Shown here: positions 26,371 to 41,090 of the stretch, in pieces
How positions within the stretch are numbered: position 1 is the first letter of the stretch
Layout: each line of letters starts with the position of its first letter
Assembly: GCF_006345805.1 (NCBI RefSeq)
Contig: NC_042999.1
Location: 80,600,001-80,664,000, forward strand
Reading direction: 5' to 3'
Source of the DNA: Octopus sinensis
Taxonomy: Eukaryota
DNA: 64,000 bases
The notes under the pieces: model-generated
Seen by the model: the letters and a program-made list of their open reading frames with translations, nothing else
The model's database searches: none
Told to the model about the DNA's origin: nothing
Translations under genes and position numbers: made by a program

Positions 26371-28120
26371 GCGTATATCCTGGCTGTGCACACAGGCTCA
26401 AATCTAAACATGAGGCCTCTCTCTTTCTTGATTCAGAACAAATGCAATATCACTGTGATCGATTTCGTCCAGTGGTTCTGCCTTTCGAGATTTTATCGTG
26501 TGATCCTGTACTTCGAAATATTTCTTACCGTATAGGAAGTGAGCCGTGTTATTTTCCAGAAGTATCAATTAACGAGGATTTGAAAAGGACATATTCTACT
26601 TCAGTCGAGTATTTGCAAACAGATTGATGACAACAATATAGCTGAAAGCTGTCCGATAGCTTTTTATTGTGTTTGGCGAGCTTGGAATCTTGGATACATT
26701 TCAGAATTTTGAGAGAGAAACATGTAAACTGATGTGCTTTTGCATGCGTGTGGATTTGGGTGATTAAATATATATATATTTATATGCCATATTTTAAATG
26801 AGACAGTTTAAATGCACTAGCTTAAGTCTTCCATTTACAATATATATAAAAGAAATAACTGTCGAAAGAGTAATGATTTCAATATGATCAATATAGTGTT
26901 TATTTTGAAGCAGCGCTTGACTCTGGAGTCTTCAGTGAGAGAGAAAATAAAATATGCGTGAGTGTTGAGTGTTTATGTGTTTGAATGTTAGAATACATGG
27001 ACATTACCAGGTATGTTTTGTGTGCAAATGTGTTCGTGTTGAAAGACAGTAATTATTGGCAATAGAGTAAATACTCTGTGCATCATTGGCCTATTGTGTG
27101 ATTATGTGTCTAATACAAAACACAATTTAAACATTTTGCTAGAACGCATTAAAATAATTTTCACAGCAACGGAACACATATTTTATTTCCTTTCAATGCT
27201 GTGCATCAGTAAAAAAAATGCAGCATGCTACCATTAATTACTAATGAAGGTAAATTAGATTTAAAGCTTAGTTACCTATATTAAAATCAATATGGCATGT
27301 AAGGAACGTACATTTTATTCCATTTGCAAATGATAAAACCGTAATTATTCATTGAACAACTGTAACTCATCGACAAATAATCAATACTTGTTAACATTGT
27401 TAAATTAATTAAAAGACGATGCTATGGCAATGAATATACTGCAGTGAATTTATTAAAGTTGAACGTTTGTATTCTTGTCTACCAAGTTGTATCTCATTAC
27501 TTCAGATACAAAAAGGAAAATGTTTGATATATCTGTCGACGTTAGAAATAATTAAATCTTTCTCCTTGATTTGTTATTGTGATCCTGTTCGCACATTCAT
27601 TAATAAATCTATCATTATCACATAGAGAGTGTCCAACTTGATTTAAGAAACGTGTTTAAATTTACAATAGAATGCAAGTAGCAAGTCACGAACACCACAG
27701 CATTTATTCATAGTCTAAGAGAATCCAATTCTTTATCCTGACCCATACGTCTATTGCACGCCCCTTATAAATGTCTTAGATAATCATCTGAGTAATTCAA
27801 GAGAGAATAAAACTACATTTGTTTTGATTTCTTTATTCGCCACACGTTATATCAGAAATCTTCGTATCAAGGGAAAGCGGTGATTATTTCCTTTGATGAG
27901 ACGGAAATGAGACGGCTTCTTAGATTCTAGATTCCAACGGTTAGAAATGCAATGATCAAAAGCAGGGCATCTGAGAAGATTTTCATAAGTAGAAATTTCA
28001 AAACTGTATTATAACTATGTGGGCAGTTCTTACGTTAATTTTTCAAATGCAAATCCTAAGAATTATTCAGAGTCGAATCATTATGAAGGACTATTTTATA
28101 TGTGTGTGTGTGTGTGCATG

Positions 28121-28194
<74 letters not shown>

Positions 28195-30947
28195 TGTGTG
28201 TGTTGTGTGAGTGTGTTCAGAAAGAGAGAGAGAGAGAGAGTAAGGGAGAGTGAAAAAGAGATAAAGATATTTTTTCGTAGAGAAGTTTCCTACATTTAAT
28301 ATGTATGCATATATCTACATACATATATATGCATATATATATACATATATATATACATACATATATATATATGCTTGTATGTATGTATATATGTATGTAT
28401 ATATATGTGTGTATTTATATTAATATATATACATACATACATTTCATATATATATATATATAACATACTTAATGAGAAATTGTTACAAATGCTAAAAGTA
28501 AATCACGCTACACTCCTGACAGAAAAGGGGGAAACAAAAAATTTCGGCAATTTTTTCAATTTCACCTTAACTTCGTCAGAGTTTAAATGCATTGAGACTG
28601 ATAAGAATTTCAGCATATATGAAAAGTGTGTGAGAGTAGGAACCAAAAGTACAAAAAGATCTGAACAATCTCTGCAATATATGATCATTAATTATTAAAT
28701 TGTAGAATTTAAAGCATATGACTATGCTGAAGAGGGTATAAATAATGTTTTGATGGGTCAGTAAGTTTTAAAAAAAAAGCCAATTTAATATTCAGACCAT
28801 CTTCATAGTTTGATATTATTTTACAGGGAATTTATCAAAATAGTAATTTGTGAAACTTACGTTTGCCCTGATTATATTAAAAGATAGTAAAGATAGGTTG
28901 AGAGTGTCCATAGTTTTCTCAAAAAGTCCATAAGTGCAATAGATTTATACAATTGTTATACAGTAGTACATGTTAGAATCGGCATCCGTGAGAAAAATAT
29001 ATTCGAGAAGTGAAGTCACGAATGTGACTGTCTTCTCAGGAAAGGATTGCATGTATTCAGGTTGAGAAATAAATACCAGAAAATCTGACGAACAGACAAC
29101 AAACCAGTCTATGGATGTCTCTTGAAACAGGTGGTTTTCGCTTGATAGACGAGGACAAATTAGCTTATAGTTTTCATAGAAGCGGTAGAGATAGAATTTC
29201 TGCGTGTTTGCTACATACATCTGTGAAGTAACATCCAATATTTCTAAATATATCTACATTATATAATTTAATAATTACACTCTTACTTAACACTATGCGA
29301 TGATAGCAGCTATAATATATTTGATTATCGGTATACTCACAGTGATCTATGTTCGGCAACAACTGGTGCATCAATCTGTATGCTGTCTTTATAGCTCGAG
29401 TTTTCTCACTATCAGAGCGGGCCAGCCAAAATTAATCAAATTATCGAAAGATTTGTCTGCAAACCTAGATGCCTGAAGTTGATGCTGGGGTGTTAAATCA
29501 TATTCACGTCTCTTTTTGCAACGTTATTATAAAGATCCAATCGGAAACGACTCGTTGTGAAGCGATTTCTGTTTTTCTTTAACTCGCATCTATCTCACAA
29601 AAGTGGACGAATTTCCAGCATTTTGACTTAATAAGACTTTTAATAGAAAACCAAAATTTAGTATATCCCAGAGCTAGGGAGATTACTGAATCTATTAAAA
29701 GATTCGAAACGATCCTGAAGAGTGTCATGAAGCGGTAACCATGTGTACAGTTACGGTACTACATACCAGTCATAAATGGCTAGGGAAAACAATTATGTTT
29801 CATGAGCGGTGGTTACTTAAGTATATTTTCTGTGCATTTTCACAGCTTCAGCAAATATACACGAATTTTTTATTGCAGCAATATGGTACACTTCGTTATC
29901 TCACATTATCCAACTAAATGTTGAATTCCGAGAGCAGATTACAACACTACGCTTCTTACATTAATCAGAAGTATTATGGCACTACTATGTTATGTAATAT
30001 AGATGGTTGTCAAGATACTAATTATTATTTAGATCACATAGAACTTGATCATATTGATATTTTGCAATTTTACTTTAGAATCGTTTATTTTGAATGACTT
30101 TTCTGCTGTAATCGTTAGTGTATACCAAAACTTGCAGTTGTTAATTTTGAATATATATGTGCTTGCATAATTGCCCATGCGTGGATATGTACTAATTTTA
30201 AATATCACATATGAACATTTTGCTAGACTTTCCGACATTGTTGCTGATGACACACGCAATACATCTAAAGGGGAATAAAAGGAAATAAAACGCTTACTAA
30301 GAGGTTTCGTTCCTTAGAATATTAAAGCACTACTTCGCATAGAAATTGGATTAAATTGAACATAATGTGCTACACAAGATTTGTATTTCTCTCAGATGCC
30401 TTAGACTAGCTAAGCATCTTAGCAAACGTTAAGATCTATCGGTGATCGACTGAGTTTGTACAGAAAAATTCAACTAGAAAAGAAATCCAGGAAGACATGA
30501 CGTCCTGCATATTATTTCTGCAGCATACACTCACACACACATACACGCACGCACACACACAAACACACGTACACACACACAAACACACACAAGCGCGCAC
30601 ACACTCAGTGCAATGTAACATCAGGGAAACACATCTGATCTCTAACGGAATGCTACTGAGGAAACATTGCACTTAGGCATCCAAATGTACTTGGAACTGC
30701 CAAGGTTGACTTCCAATTCACTGAAATATGAAACGTACGTGGCAAATAAATATTTATACTGGTGCTCATTTTATTTTCCACCACTTATACTGTGTATCTC
30801 ATAACTAGTAACACTACAAAAGGCAGGGGTCGATTAACCACTATTCTGAAAGCCGACTGGGTAATGATTACATACGTGGAGGCTCTTACTTATAAGTAGT
30901 AATCGTACATCGATCTATACACACAAGATATATATCTTTATAAACAG

Positions 30948-31022
30948 GTGAGTGTGCGTTTCGATACTTAGGTAAAATATGTATTAAGTTTTACATTCTA
31001 ACGTTTCCTTTCTTTCATGCAG
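30948..31022 (+). other. Candidate 75-nt spliceosomal intron
   Basis: CAG|GTGAGT donor, ttCTAAC branch point at 30996-31002, tttcctttctttcatgCAG acceptor. No transcript evidence and no coding frame found. Confidence 0.4.
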
Positions 31023-31056
31023 ATTGCTTTATAGTTTGTGGTTAATCGATATCGAT

Positions 31057-31334
31057 TTTGTTGAGTCTGAGGAGAGGCATTTTCTTTTTGTGCCTTATAA
31101 GTTAACACACTCGCCGGTAAAATTTCCACTTGTTTCTTATTTTTATTTTCCTAAAATTTTCGTTGCGTCTTGCAACCTTTTCAATAGCTTTGACTCTCAA
31201 GACTATTGAAAAGGTTACAAGACGCAACGAAAATTTTAGGAAAATAAAAATGAGAAATAAGTGGAAATTTTACCGGCGTGTGTGTTAAATTATAAGGTAC
31301 AAAAAGAAAATTACTCTCTCCAGACACAACAGAA
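31057..31334. repeat. ~275-bp foldback (near-complete palindrome, ~3-nt loop)
   Basis: cgccggtaaaatttccactt..ttttcctaaaattttcgttgcgtcttgcaaccttttcaatag pairs with ctattgaaaaggttacaagacgcaacgaaaattttaggaaaa..aagtggaaattttaccggcg. Confidence 0.9.
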
Positions 31335-32651
31335 TATGCTTCAACACACGAACTCTTGCAAACTAAATCCAAAGCCGAAACATATCGATTTCACTCTCTT
31401 AAAATTAGCTTAGATGAGACACATATCCGACATTGAATGCTGTCTGATTTTAAAATGCGCTCTACAGTAAAGAAAACGACCGGTCAGTTTCACTGGAGAA
31501 GTTTTTGTAGCAGATTATTCACAATCCAGATGACCAAGTTCTATCAGTGTCGAGCTTCTGAAAACCATAATTTAAGAAAATCCAAATCAAATCACGGAAT
31601 TTGCAAATCAATTGAATTAAAGTCATGATTCCATCATAAAACAATCCCGCGAACTAGGGAAAATGTCTAAAATTGGTCTCGTATCAACTTCTCAGTTCAA
31701 TAAGTGTTGCCCTCTGCTCCTTATTGAAAAATAAACTTGCCACCAGCTTTTCCTCTTTAGAATCATCACAAGTGAAGGCCAGTAGATTCTCCAAAATCAT
31801 GTTCAACCAAAATGACAACAGGGATCACCCGATGCAAAACGAGAAACCATTCGAAAACCAAGGATAATCCGAAAACATATTGTTCCATGATTGGTGAAAC
31901 AGGAAGGCCGTTGTCTATCATGACAAGGTAAAACAAAACGAAACTGTCCATACGAAGCATTCCGGAAAAAGTGCCTGTCTTTGGTAATTTATAAATAGGT
32001 GTTGCTCTTACTCACTAATTCAAGACCACAGAATGACCACGTTCATTAGAAAAATATTATGCTATTAAATGTAGACACTTTGTTGCATCCTGTCTCCTTT
32101 CCTGACATTACTCCATCTGACTATTATCTTTTTATATCTTCGCAATATTATTTAGAAAGAAAAGAGTTATTCCGAAGTATGATAGTGATACTACGTGCTT
32201 CTTTGCTTGGGTGTCCGAAGAATTTGAAGCCCTAGAAGAAAAATAGTTTGACAATTAGATGAGTATTTGCTATCCATAATGAAGGGATATATTACTGTGA
32301 ATAAATATATCAATTAAGACCAAAGTAATTCTGTCAGCATGAAAAGTAGGATCGATATAGCTCTTGTAGATTTTAGAGACAGAAGCAAAAGGTTGCCGGA
32401 TGTGTTGTAGTTGTAAATCATCCTGATTCTTCATTATAGTAATGATAAGTTTATATGCACACGAGAAATACGCTGCCATTTTCTCTGTGATTGAAACGAG
32501 ATGGTGGCTCAGCTGTATACACACACACATGTATATATATAATATTTGCAAACAAACCAGACGGCTTTGTTAAGTTACGGACATAAAGCGACTATGAAAG
32601 TCTATTAGTACAACAATAACTATAATAATAATAATAATAATAATAATATAC

Positions 32652-32944
32652 ACTCCGATTTAAAACATCTATATATAAACAATTGACTGAAAAATGATAA
32701 GCCAACCCAGGTCAGAATCGAACCCACATAGCGCATAAAGGGTTTGTTAACAAATATTATATGTAGTATTGGTCACTTAAAGCATATATTCATTAAATTT
32801 GGCTGAAGTTGTTGGGCGAGAGTTTGACCCATTTGGATACCCAAAGAGCTGTGTAAGCGTTGATTTGTGGGTTCGATTCTGGCCTCGACTAGGTCATTTT
32901 TTTCATTCAATTGTTTATATATAGATGTCGTTTTAAATCGGAGT
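32652..32944. mobile_element. MITE-like element with ~77-bp inverted arms each containing a tRNA B-box-like ggttcgattc
   Basis: actccgatttaaaacatctatatataaacaattg..agaatcgaacccaca (32652-32728) vs tgtgggttcgattct..caattgtttatatatagatgtcgttttaaatcggagt (32866-32944). Confidence 0.7.
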
Positions 32945-35900
32945 ATATGTTCTTTTTATATATTTGTGTATCTATATATTTTTGTATATCTGTATACATA
33001 AGTTACAATTTGGTAGCGATAACTGCTATCTGTTCGAATAAAGAAATGTGAGGCTCCATTAATAATTCAATAAACTGTATTATGAGCAATTCTCTATCTG
33101 AGAAACGCGGAAACATTTAGTGACACACAAATACATTAATGAAATATATTGTGAAAAATAATCGATCACTTGCTACGTTATAGTGACTACTATTATACAA
33201 CTGTTATATTCTTTTTCAGATTTTCAATCGAGATATAATTATTTAGACCATACCTGGATAAGTTTGTGCAATAATACTTAACTAATTTACGATAAGCTTA
33301 AATGTATTTTAAATGTATACATATTCCGAGGTATTCATTGATATATTTATGATATTTTGTATTAATTGCTTACGGTATGTCAACAGTATTTGGTAGATGC
33401 TGTAAAACATGTGTTTTTTTAGCTTCCTGAGCAATTTTCATTGCAGCAAAAATTTCAGTTTCATTCCACATATAGTGAAGGCTATGCAAGCAGAGACTGA
33501 TGACATTCTAGCAAGTTTCCGACTCAGCTAATACGATTTGATACGCAGTAGGGCACCTTATATGTATAAGATAAGCATTACTAGTATTCTTATGCTAACC
33601 GTAATATTCTTAAATCAATATGCATTTAAATCCATTTGAAATGCATATATACCGGAGACACAGATTTACCTACTCTGTAAGTCTATGTAAATTTATGATA
33701 GCAGAATATGTGTTATTAAAAATATGTCAACATGGTTAAAAGACATTCCAACTGCGATCATCACGTCCGTTTCCTCATGCTGAAAATCAAGAACTAAATT
33801 ATTCAAATGTTTCTTTTTTAGATGGCTCGGTACGCGATAGGGTGTGAGACGAATGGGATGTGTTTACTAATTTTAGCAGATCGAGTGTCTTTTCAGAGGA
33901 ACCCTCATTCGCTCAGTAAAATATACTGCTCGTTTCGGTTCCTGCGCGTAGGAATATTATAAATTCTAAATATTTTATTCATTACGAAAAATCCATGTTA
34001 TCATACTTTATTATTTCCACCACTGTACATTGATTTGCTGTGACAGTTCCATCTCTATTCAGGCAGTAACCCTTACCATTCGGCAAGGTTTAAAATGTCA
34101 CTTACAAAAACCTTCCGTATTGCGCCTCAGTTTAACATGCAATCATTTCGCCTCCCATCTATAGTCCGCTGTTGCTGTTTAACCACGGATCAACTCTGAC
34201 GGAATAGAACTTTCAAGAAAAGTACTTTAATTAGATCAATTATCTTTATATATCTAGAACCACATTTAGAACAACAGGGTCGGGGTATTTGAGAGAATAT
34301 GGTTGTCATTTCTAGCAGTTCCTGCTGCTGGCTCGGTTTCCCGTATTTTGCAAAGGTGTGAAATTTACACATTCCAACATCCACTCACCTAACATCTGAA
34401 AATATATGCAAGAAATCAATACTCCAAAGGTGTTAGTGTAGCATTTCTCTCATTCTTTACACTTCGTCACACACCTACCATTCCTTTCCAACACGTGGTC
34501 ACTTCTAACGATGTCTTTCTTATTTTTTTCTGGAGAGATAATTTATAATTAATATTAAAAATGAAACATTCTAAAGTACATGTAAAAGCCTTCCAAATAC
34601 GCTACAAGAGAAGTAGAGCGAATGACTTATTATGATGAAGAATGGGAGAGAAACGATACACCAATAGTCTGCAGGAAGGGGGAGGAGTATCAAGATATTC
34701 ACACAACTATCAATAATGTGGAACTATTAGACAAAAGGAAAGTCATCGTAGAAATAGCAGTATTATATTAAAGCTATTCGCTCGAGGTATACTCTGAGGC
34801 TGTGAACTACCTCCTAGAAATAGCAGTCAAGCGAAGGAATATCTGCGTGGTAACTCTGCCCGCTAGCATTAATAGTCAAATATTACACACATCACACATA
34901 TTTGCTTTAAAATTTAAAAATACATTTTGAGTGATATGTCTGAAGAGGTTGAGATTGCTGAAGCATCGTTAATATATCTGATTGGAGGTGGAGTTGAACA
35001 GTAAAGCGTCTTCCTTCAGTAACTTGCAAAACGAGGGGGGGGTACCTTAGATCACCTCAGATAAAATAGGACCATTTATGGATTAAAAGTCTTTCATAGC
35101 AGAGCCACGCCTAAACACACCTACGCACGTACGAGCGTGCGCTCACACAAATACACACACACAGAAAAAAAAACACGATGCCCCTGCAAAATGGTTGAAG
35201 CATGAAACGAAATGTTTTGTGGTAAACATTCTTGCTTCTTATACTGTAATACTGGATTCTACCTCTCACTTTATGGAGGGGAAATACATTTCATATCAAT
35301 TATATACTTCATCTTTATATATCGATGTAAAAATTCCCAAAGTTTTCAGTTTGTGGATGATAATAACCTACAATTGCGATGACAAATTCGAAAGCTTTAA
35401 AAGCCTACCTCGTTAAATACTTGTAAATGCTTTTCTTCTCTGCAAAAATTATGTACATAGAGACTATGGATACGCACTCATAACTAAATAAAAATAATTG
35501 CAAATCGCACATTTCTTAGAAATACTTTTTGCATCACACTTGAGACAGATAAAATTAAGTCTGTAAGAGTTTAGGTAAGATTCATATATGTTGCGGAGAT
35601 AATAATTATAAACAAAGCAAGGTAATTATTTTGTGAATCACTAGAAAGATGAGGCTGGTGTGTAAATCTCATGTATCCTCCGTTTCACCGAAAGAGATCT
35701 CGCTTTTGATATTTCCCTGTAAGTTTTCTCATGACAGAAGAATAACGTGTCTTTCCTGATCAACGAATTTTTTATGAATTCCACTGCAATGCGGTTGCCC
35801 AGATCAATGAATCATACATAACCTGGAGCTCAATGACAGTTAGATGCATCCGGCTATTAAAAATTAACTGTTTTGATTAGAGATACACAACAATTAGAAT

Positions 35901-38726
35901 ATTAAAACCACAAATACATATCTTAATCAGGAGTCAAAATACGAAATACTGGTTGTTCGCATAATTTTATTTTGTAAATTTTATTGATTCATTAGGCAGG
36001 CGATTCCTTTTGTGACTTTGGAAAGAAATGCAAAGCAAAAGGAATAAAGAAAAATCCAAATTACAACAGAGGTCGGTTATCAGCAGCGATCACCTAAAAT
36101 ATACTTTATTCTATATTGCACTACCCGAAACGCCTTCCAACTCGATTAGATGCATTCTTGACAAACATAGCTAACAGCTAATCAGCTTCGGGTTATAGAG
36201 TAAACTTTATAGCAAACTGTTTCATTACATAACAAATCTAACATATGGTTTTTATCTTTAGGAGAAAATGGAAATTTGTTAAATGTGTTAAGTGACTTAG
36301 AAATACATTGAGAAGTATGGATATAATATTTATGAATATTTCAGTATAATAAAAATATCGATTTGGCATGGACGTCGAAATTATGAATTTGTGAAATTTG
36401 AAGGCGTGAATAAATAATGAGTGAAACTCCCAAACGGGCGTTGAGTACATTCGTTCCAAACTGCATTTTCATGTTCTTCGAAGTGTATGAAAGCCATGGC
36501 GATATATTTGTTATTAAATTTAGTATTAAGTGTACTATTTAAGAAGGGTATCAAATTATTTTTGTGTGCGTGAGGGATAGAATTAATTCATATTTCAACA
36601 TATTTCAACTATATTTTCCCAAAATAAGTTTTTGTCAAGTTAGACTGAATTAAAGAAGGATCTTCTCTATACACACACACATACATACATGTATGTATGT
36701 ATAAACATAGACATAGAGCCGAGTCGATTTATAAGTCGATTTAAAATAATTTGCGCCAATGAGGCAGAATAATATAGTCAATCAATGCATATTTGCATCA
36801 ATACGCTATCGTCAACAGTGAAATAGATGCTCAGTTTATGAAAGTTCATATTTTTGTCAAAACACATTTTTTTTAATATTCATCTTTTAATTTTTCTTAG
36901 GTAAATCCACCGTTGAAAATGCTTCTGCATAGCAATATTGACATTCGCACAATATTAGCTGCTGTTGAACGCCTTGATAATGCATCGGCCAATTACTCCA
37001 CGTGAACGCTGGTTGGTTTCTTATAACGGACAAATTTCCGCTTCATGAAAACAGTATTCAACTGGCAAAAATTCAGTACACCTAATTTTGTGGTGGTATT
37101 ACAAGGCCAGGAATTTACAGCTCAATGTAGTGGCATCTAAAAGTAAATTATGTTGCCTTTTCACTTATTTCTTATTTGAATTTTGAATATGGAAGAACTT
37201 CAAAGAGAATTTTGTTCTACGTTAAATCATTTAAAAGTCAATGGGTTTAAAGATCAATTGATCAATTCTTTTTTGATCTAGAAAAGTGGAATATCAAAAA
37301 TATAATGCTTATATTTTTGAGGCCAAAGATAATTTAAGAATAGTAGGATTTATATCATTTAAGCTCAAAACTGCTTGAGTAGGTAATATTGAAATTTCCA
37401 TCTAATTTTTTGCATATAATGTTTATGTCATATTTTGCTCACCTCGGAATGCATTAATATACATGACAATAGTACAGCTCGCCATATACACCATTGTCTA
37501 TCCACAGAGTGTTAGATGTGGGTAGTAAAACCCGCTTTAAAAATCCAGTAGGAGTAAAAGTCTCGGTAAGTGTTACCTATGTTGGTGCTCTATCTCAGAG
37601 TAGAGATTGCAATGAAATATTGAAATATATTAAGTTCAGTGAACTTCTGTTTCAGCAATTTGAGCATCATTTACTTATGACGTTAATCTATGAAGAAAGT
37701 ATTTTCATCTTTTCTATCTGTACAAAACAAAGCAGGAGTTTAAAAGAACTTTTTTGCTGTTGTAATGCTTATATATGCATGTGTGTGTGTGCGTGTGTGT
37801 TTGTATGTTTGTGACTATGCTTCAATATAGAATATTTACATGTAAAGTTGGTAGTTAAAAGGTTAATCTCTATATAATGTCACATCATTTAGTAGAATAT
37901 CGATAAAAAAACGAAACAATTACATTCTTTTCTGGGAAAATTATTGAAAATAAAATAGCATTAAAAAAAACACAGAACTTTAGTATCACCTGCCATATTG
38001 AATTGTTGCTGTTTCAAAACTTAATTTAGTATTCAGATTTCTAATTTTCTTTTCAAAGAAGCGAGAAAATATCTTTAAATATTGACAATTTTGAATAACT
38101 TGTTTTAGTATCATTTTCTTTCAACGGTTTTTGTAAAAATTGTTCGCATCTTTTTTGGATTAACTTAACAAAAGATAAAATGAAGAGGAAATGTATACTA
38201 AAATCCAAATAGATTATAGAATAATGAAGAAACTATCTTAAGCTTCATCAAACAATATTGAATTATTTCAGAGTGAGAAGCTAACCTATGTTTCTATTAT
38301 ATATTTCGTCTAAAAAAATAAATAAGTGATTGGAACTCGGCAAAGAGAGTGATTGTAACTGATGTAACTTCAACATATTTAACCAATATACACATGCACA
38401 TGCGTGTACATTCACAGATACACACAAGCAAATGGCTACATACACATCATTATAATAGGTGACTGAACAAGATGACTATATCAGATGTAACCACGTCATA
38501 CAGAGGTGCACACAAAACAAAAATACACGCATGCGCACACAAGAATTACACATATATATATATATATCTACACACATACACACAAACACATACGCAAACA
38601 AACGCACACACGCATGCACAAACACACACGCACACCTCGCAGGCGCACAGACGCATATATTTCAATGTTATGATGCACATCTCTCAATGTTTGAGGGTGC
38701 GTGTTAGTGAATGTGTGTGTGTGTGT

Positions 38727-38775
<49 letters not shown>

Positions 38776-40065
38776 TTGAACTTGTACGAGTGAGTACGTT
38801 GATGCTTTTAAAAGAATGAATTTATCAAGAATAATGTTTGAGTGAATGCTTTTTCCTTCCATTCGAAAGGTCTGTATTTCCTCGTAAATATATAATAGTT
38901 TAATTCAAATGTTAACTTCTTTTCTTTCATCCTCATTGTGTAAGCTTAAGCTTATACAATATAATATATTCGTACTCATTGTTTCGAACATGTGCATGTG
39001 CCTACTTATGGGTCTGTGCGTGTGTATGTGTGTATGTGTGTATGTTCGTGCGCGCCGGCGTATCTCTGTGAGTGTAGAGTTTTCATATACCATGTTGTTT
39101 AATAAAACAATAAAATGTTCGGTCATAGAGTTTTATATATGTGAATTTAAGTGTAATAAAGAGGAATTACAATCTCAAAAGCAGTTTAATGTGTTCGGTC
39201 GTTCGGTCCAGGGTAAAATCTTCGAGCTGAAAAGTAATAAATTAATTCCATATATTTTATGTAATGTCCACCCTCTTTTGTCATATTTGAAAGGATCTTC
39301 TTTAATGAGTATAAAGGAAAAAAATGGTAACTTTCCATCTATATGTTACGTTACGATTGACCTGGCGACGATATGCTTGTTATGGTGTAAGAAACGAAAG
39401 TAATTTGTTCCGTTCTTATGTACTTGACTTATCATTGCCCATAAGAGACCAACTTATTTCTTCTTCGTTTCTTCATTTCTAAATTTACATTATGAAGTAC
39501 AGTGAATGTTAGCAGTGAAGAAGAAATGTAACGGAATGGTATGCAGTAAGGAAGTTTTTCGTTCCTATATTTCGAATGATGGCTTGTTGGAAAAGTCACA
39601 CCAGTGTGCACTCACTGTATGTATTCCCCGATTGACTAAAACCTCCAGATCCGAAAATATAGATGGTTCTGAAATAGGTGAAGAAAAAGCAATAACTCAA
39701 ATAGATTGAAGTTCACTAGTGCTGTTTCAGAAGTTTCCTTTATTGAGGAACATAAACGTTATATGATGCAAAACACCCAGTTTTCCTCGGGTGAATAAAG
39801 ATAGAATACTTAGAAATTCTCACAAAATAGAAAATAGTGCAAAGTAATGTTACCAACTAAGTTACGGCTGAGAGAATGTGCAGCAGAAACTCTTACAGTG
39901 TTTATATTTATGGTGATGCATTAAGCAACTCGTTCTAGGAGCCAGAATAAGGGAAGGAGTAAAGGGAGAAATATAAGAAAGAAAAATGTAGAGAGAGAAA
40001 AGGGAAAAAAGAGAAGGGACGACATACACACGTACGCGCGCACACATTTATGTATATGTACATAT

Positions 40066-40480
40066 ACTCTTTTTACTCTTTTACTTGTTTCAGTAATTTG
40101 ACTGCGGCCATGCTGGAGCACCGCCTTTAGTCGAGCAAATCGACCCCGGGACTTATTCTTTGTAAGCCCAGTACTTATTCTATCGGTCTGTTTTGCCGAA
40201 CCGCTAAGTGACGGGGACGTAAACACACCAGCATCGGTTGTCAAGCAATGCTAGGGGGACAAACACAGACACACAAACATATACACACACTTATATATAT
40301 ATATACATACATATATACGACAGGCTTCTTTCAATTTCCGTCTACCAAATCCACTCACAAGGCATTGGTCAGCCCGGGGCTATAGCAGAAGACACTTGCC
40401 CAAGATGCCACGCAGTGGGACTGAACCCGGAACCATGTGGTTGGTTAGCAAGCTACTTACCACACAGTCACTCCTGCGCC
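40066..40480 (-). mobile_element. Well-preserved full-length tRNA-derived SINE (family B)
   Basis: Minus-strand head gtgactgtgtggtaagtagcttgctaaccaaccacatggttccgggttcagtccc (A/B-box-like), internal (TA/CA) tract, tail gaaacaagtaaaagagtaaaaagagta. Confidence 0.9.
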
Positions 40481-40497
40481 TATATATATATATTATA

Positions 40498-40572
<75 letters not shown>

Positions 40573-40629
40573 ATATATATATATATATGTATATGGGTGG
40601 GTGCATGTGTATGTATTTATGAATACTCT

Positions 40630-40840
40630 TTTACTTCTTTCATGAATTTACCTGAAACCATGCTGGAGCACCGCCATTAGTCGAATAAATTAAATCCAAG
40701 AGTTGTTCCTTGCAAGCTTAATACTTATCCAATCGGTATCGTTTGTCCAAGTGCTAAGTCAGGGAGCGTAACCGCACCAACATCAGTTATCATGTGATTG
40801 TGGGGGACAAACAGAGACACACAAATACATACACACTTCC
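40630..40840 (-). mobile_element. Diverged 3' half of SINE family B
   Basis: ccatgctggagcaccgcc..gtcga..gggggacaaacagagacacacaaa. Confidence 0.7.
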
Positions 40841-40894
40841 ACCTGCCTTCGTCTTTTGTCTATTTTCATAAAGCTTCCCGTTATATAGTTAATC

Positions 40895-41090
40895 CAAGCA
40901 TGAAAGTACAAAAAAAAACACAACAACGCGAGGACGTGGAACAAATATAGTATTATTGGACGCTCAGGAAAGAAGGAAAGAAGGAGGGTTTAACCTTTCG
41001 AGCGGAGCTCTTCGTCGGAAACACAGGAAAAGGAAAGATCCAGAGAAGGGAAGACAGAGTAAAAAAAATCGCCAACCGTACACACGTACA
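40895..41090 (-). mobile_element. Family C hammerhead-motif element, copy 2
   Basis: Minus-strand motif at 40988-41022: gttt-CCGACGA-a-gagc tcc gctc-GAAA-ggt-t-aaac. Confidence 0.65.

Noticed and set aside
32795-32900. Possible tRNA gene
   Set aside because: A/B-box-like motifs are present but I could not fold a cloverleaf; treated as a tRNA-derived repeat.
37478-37565. Candidate plus-strand exon (ag|..|gtaagt) reading SPYTPLSIHRVLDVGSKTRFKNPVGVKVS
   Set aside because: One open frame with plausible splice sites, but the peptide is unrecognised and the polypyrimidine tract is weak. Needs RNA-seq or homology.
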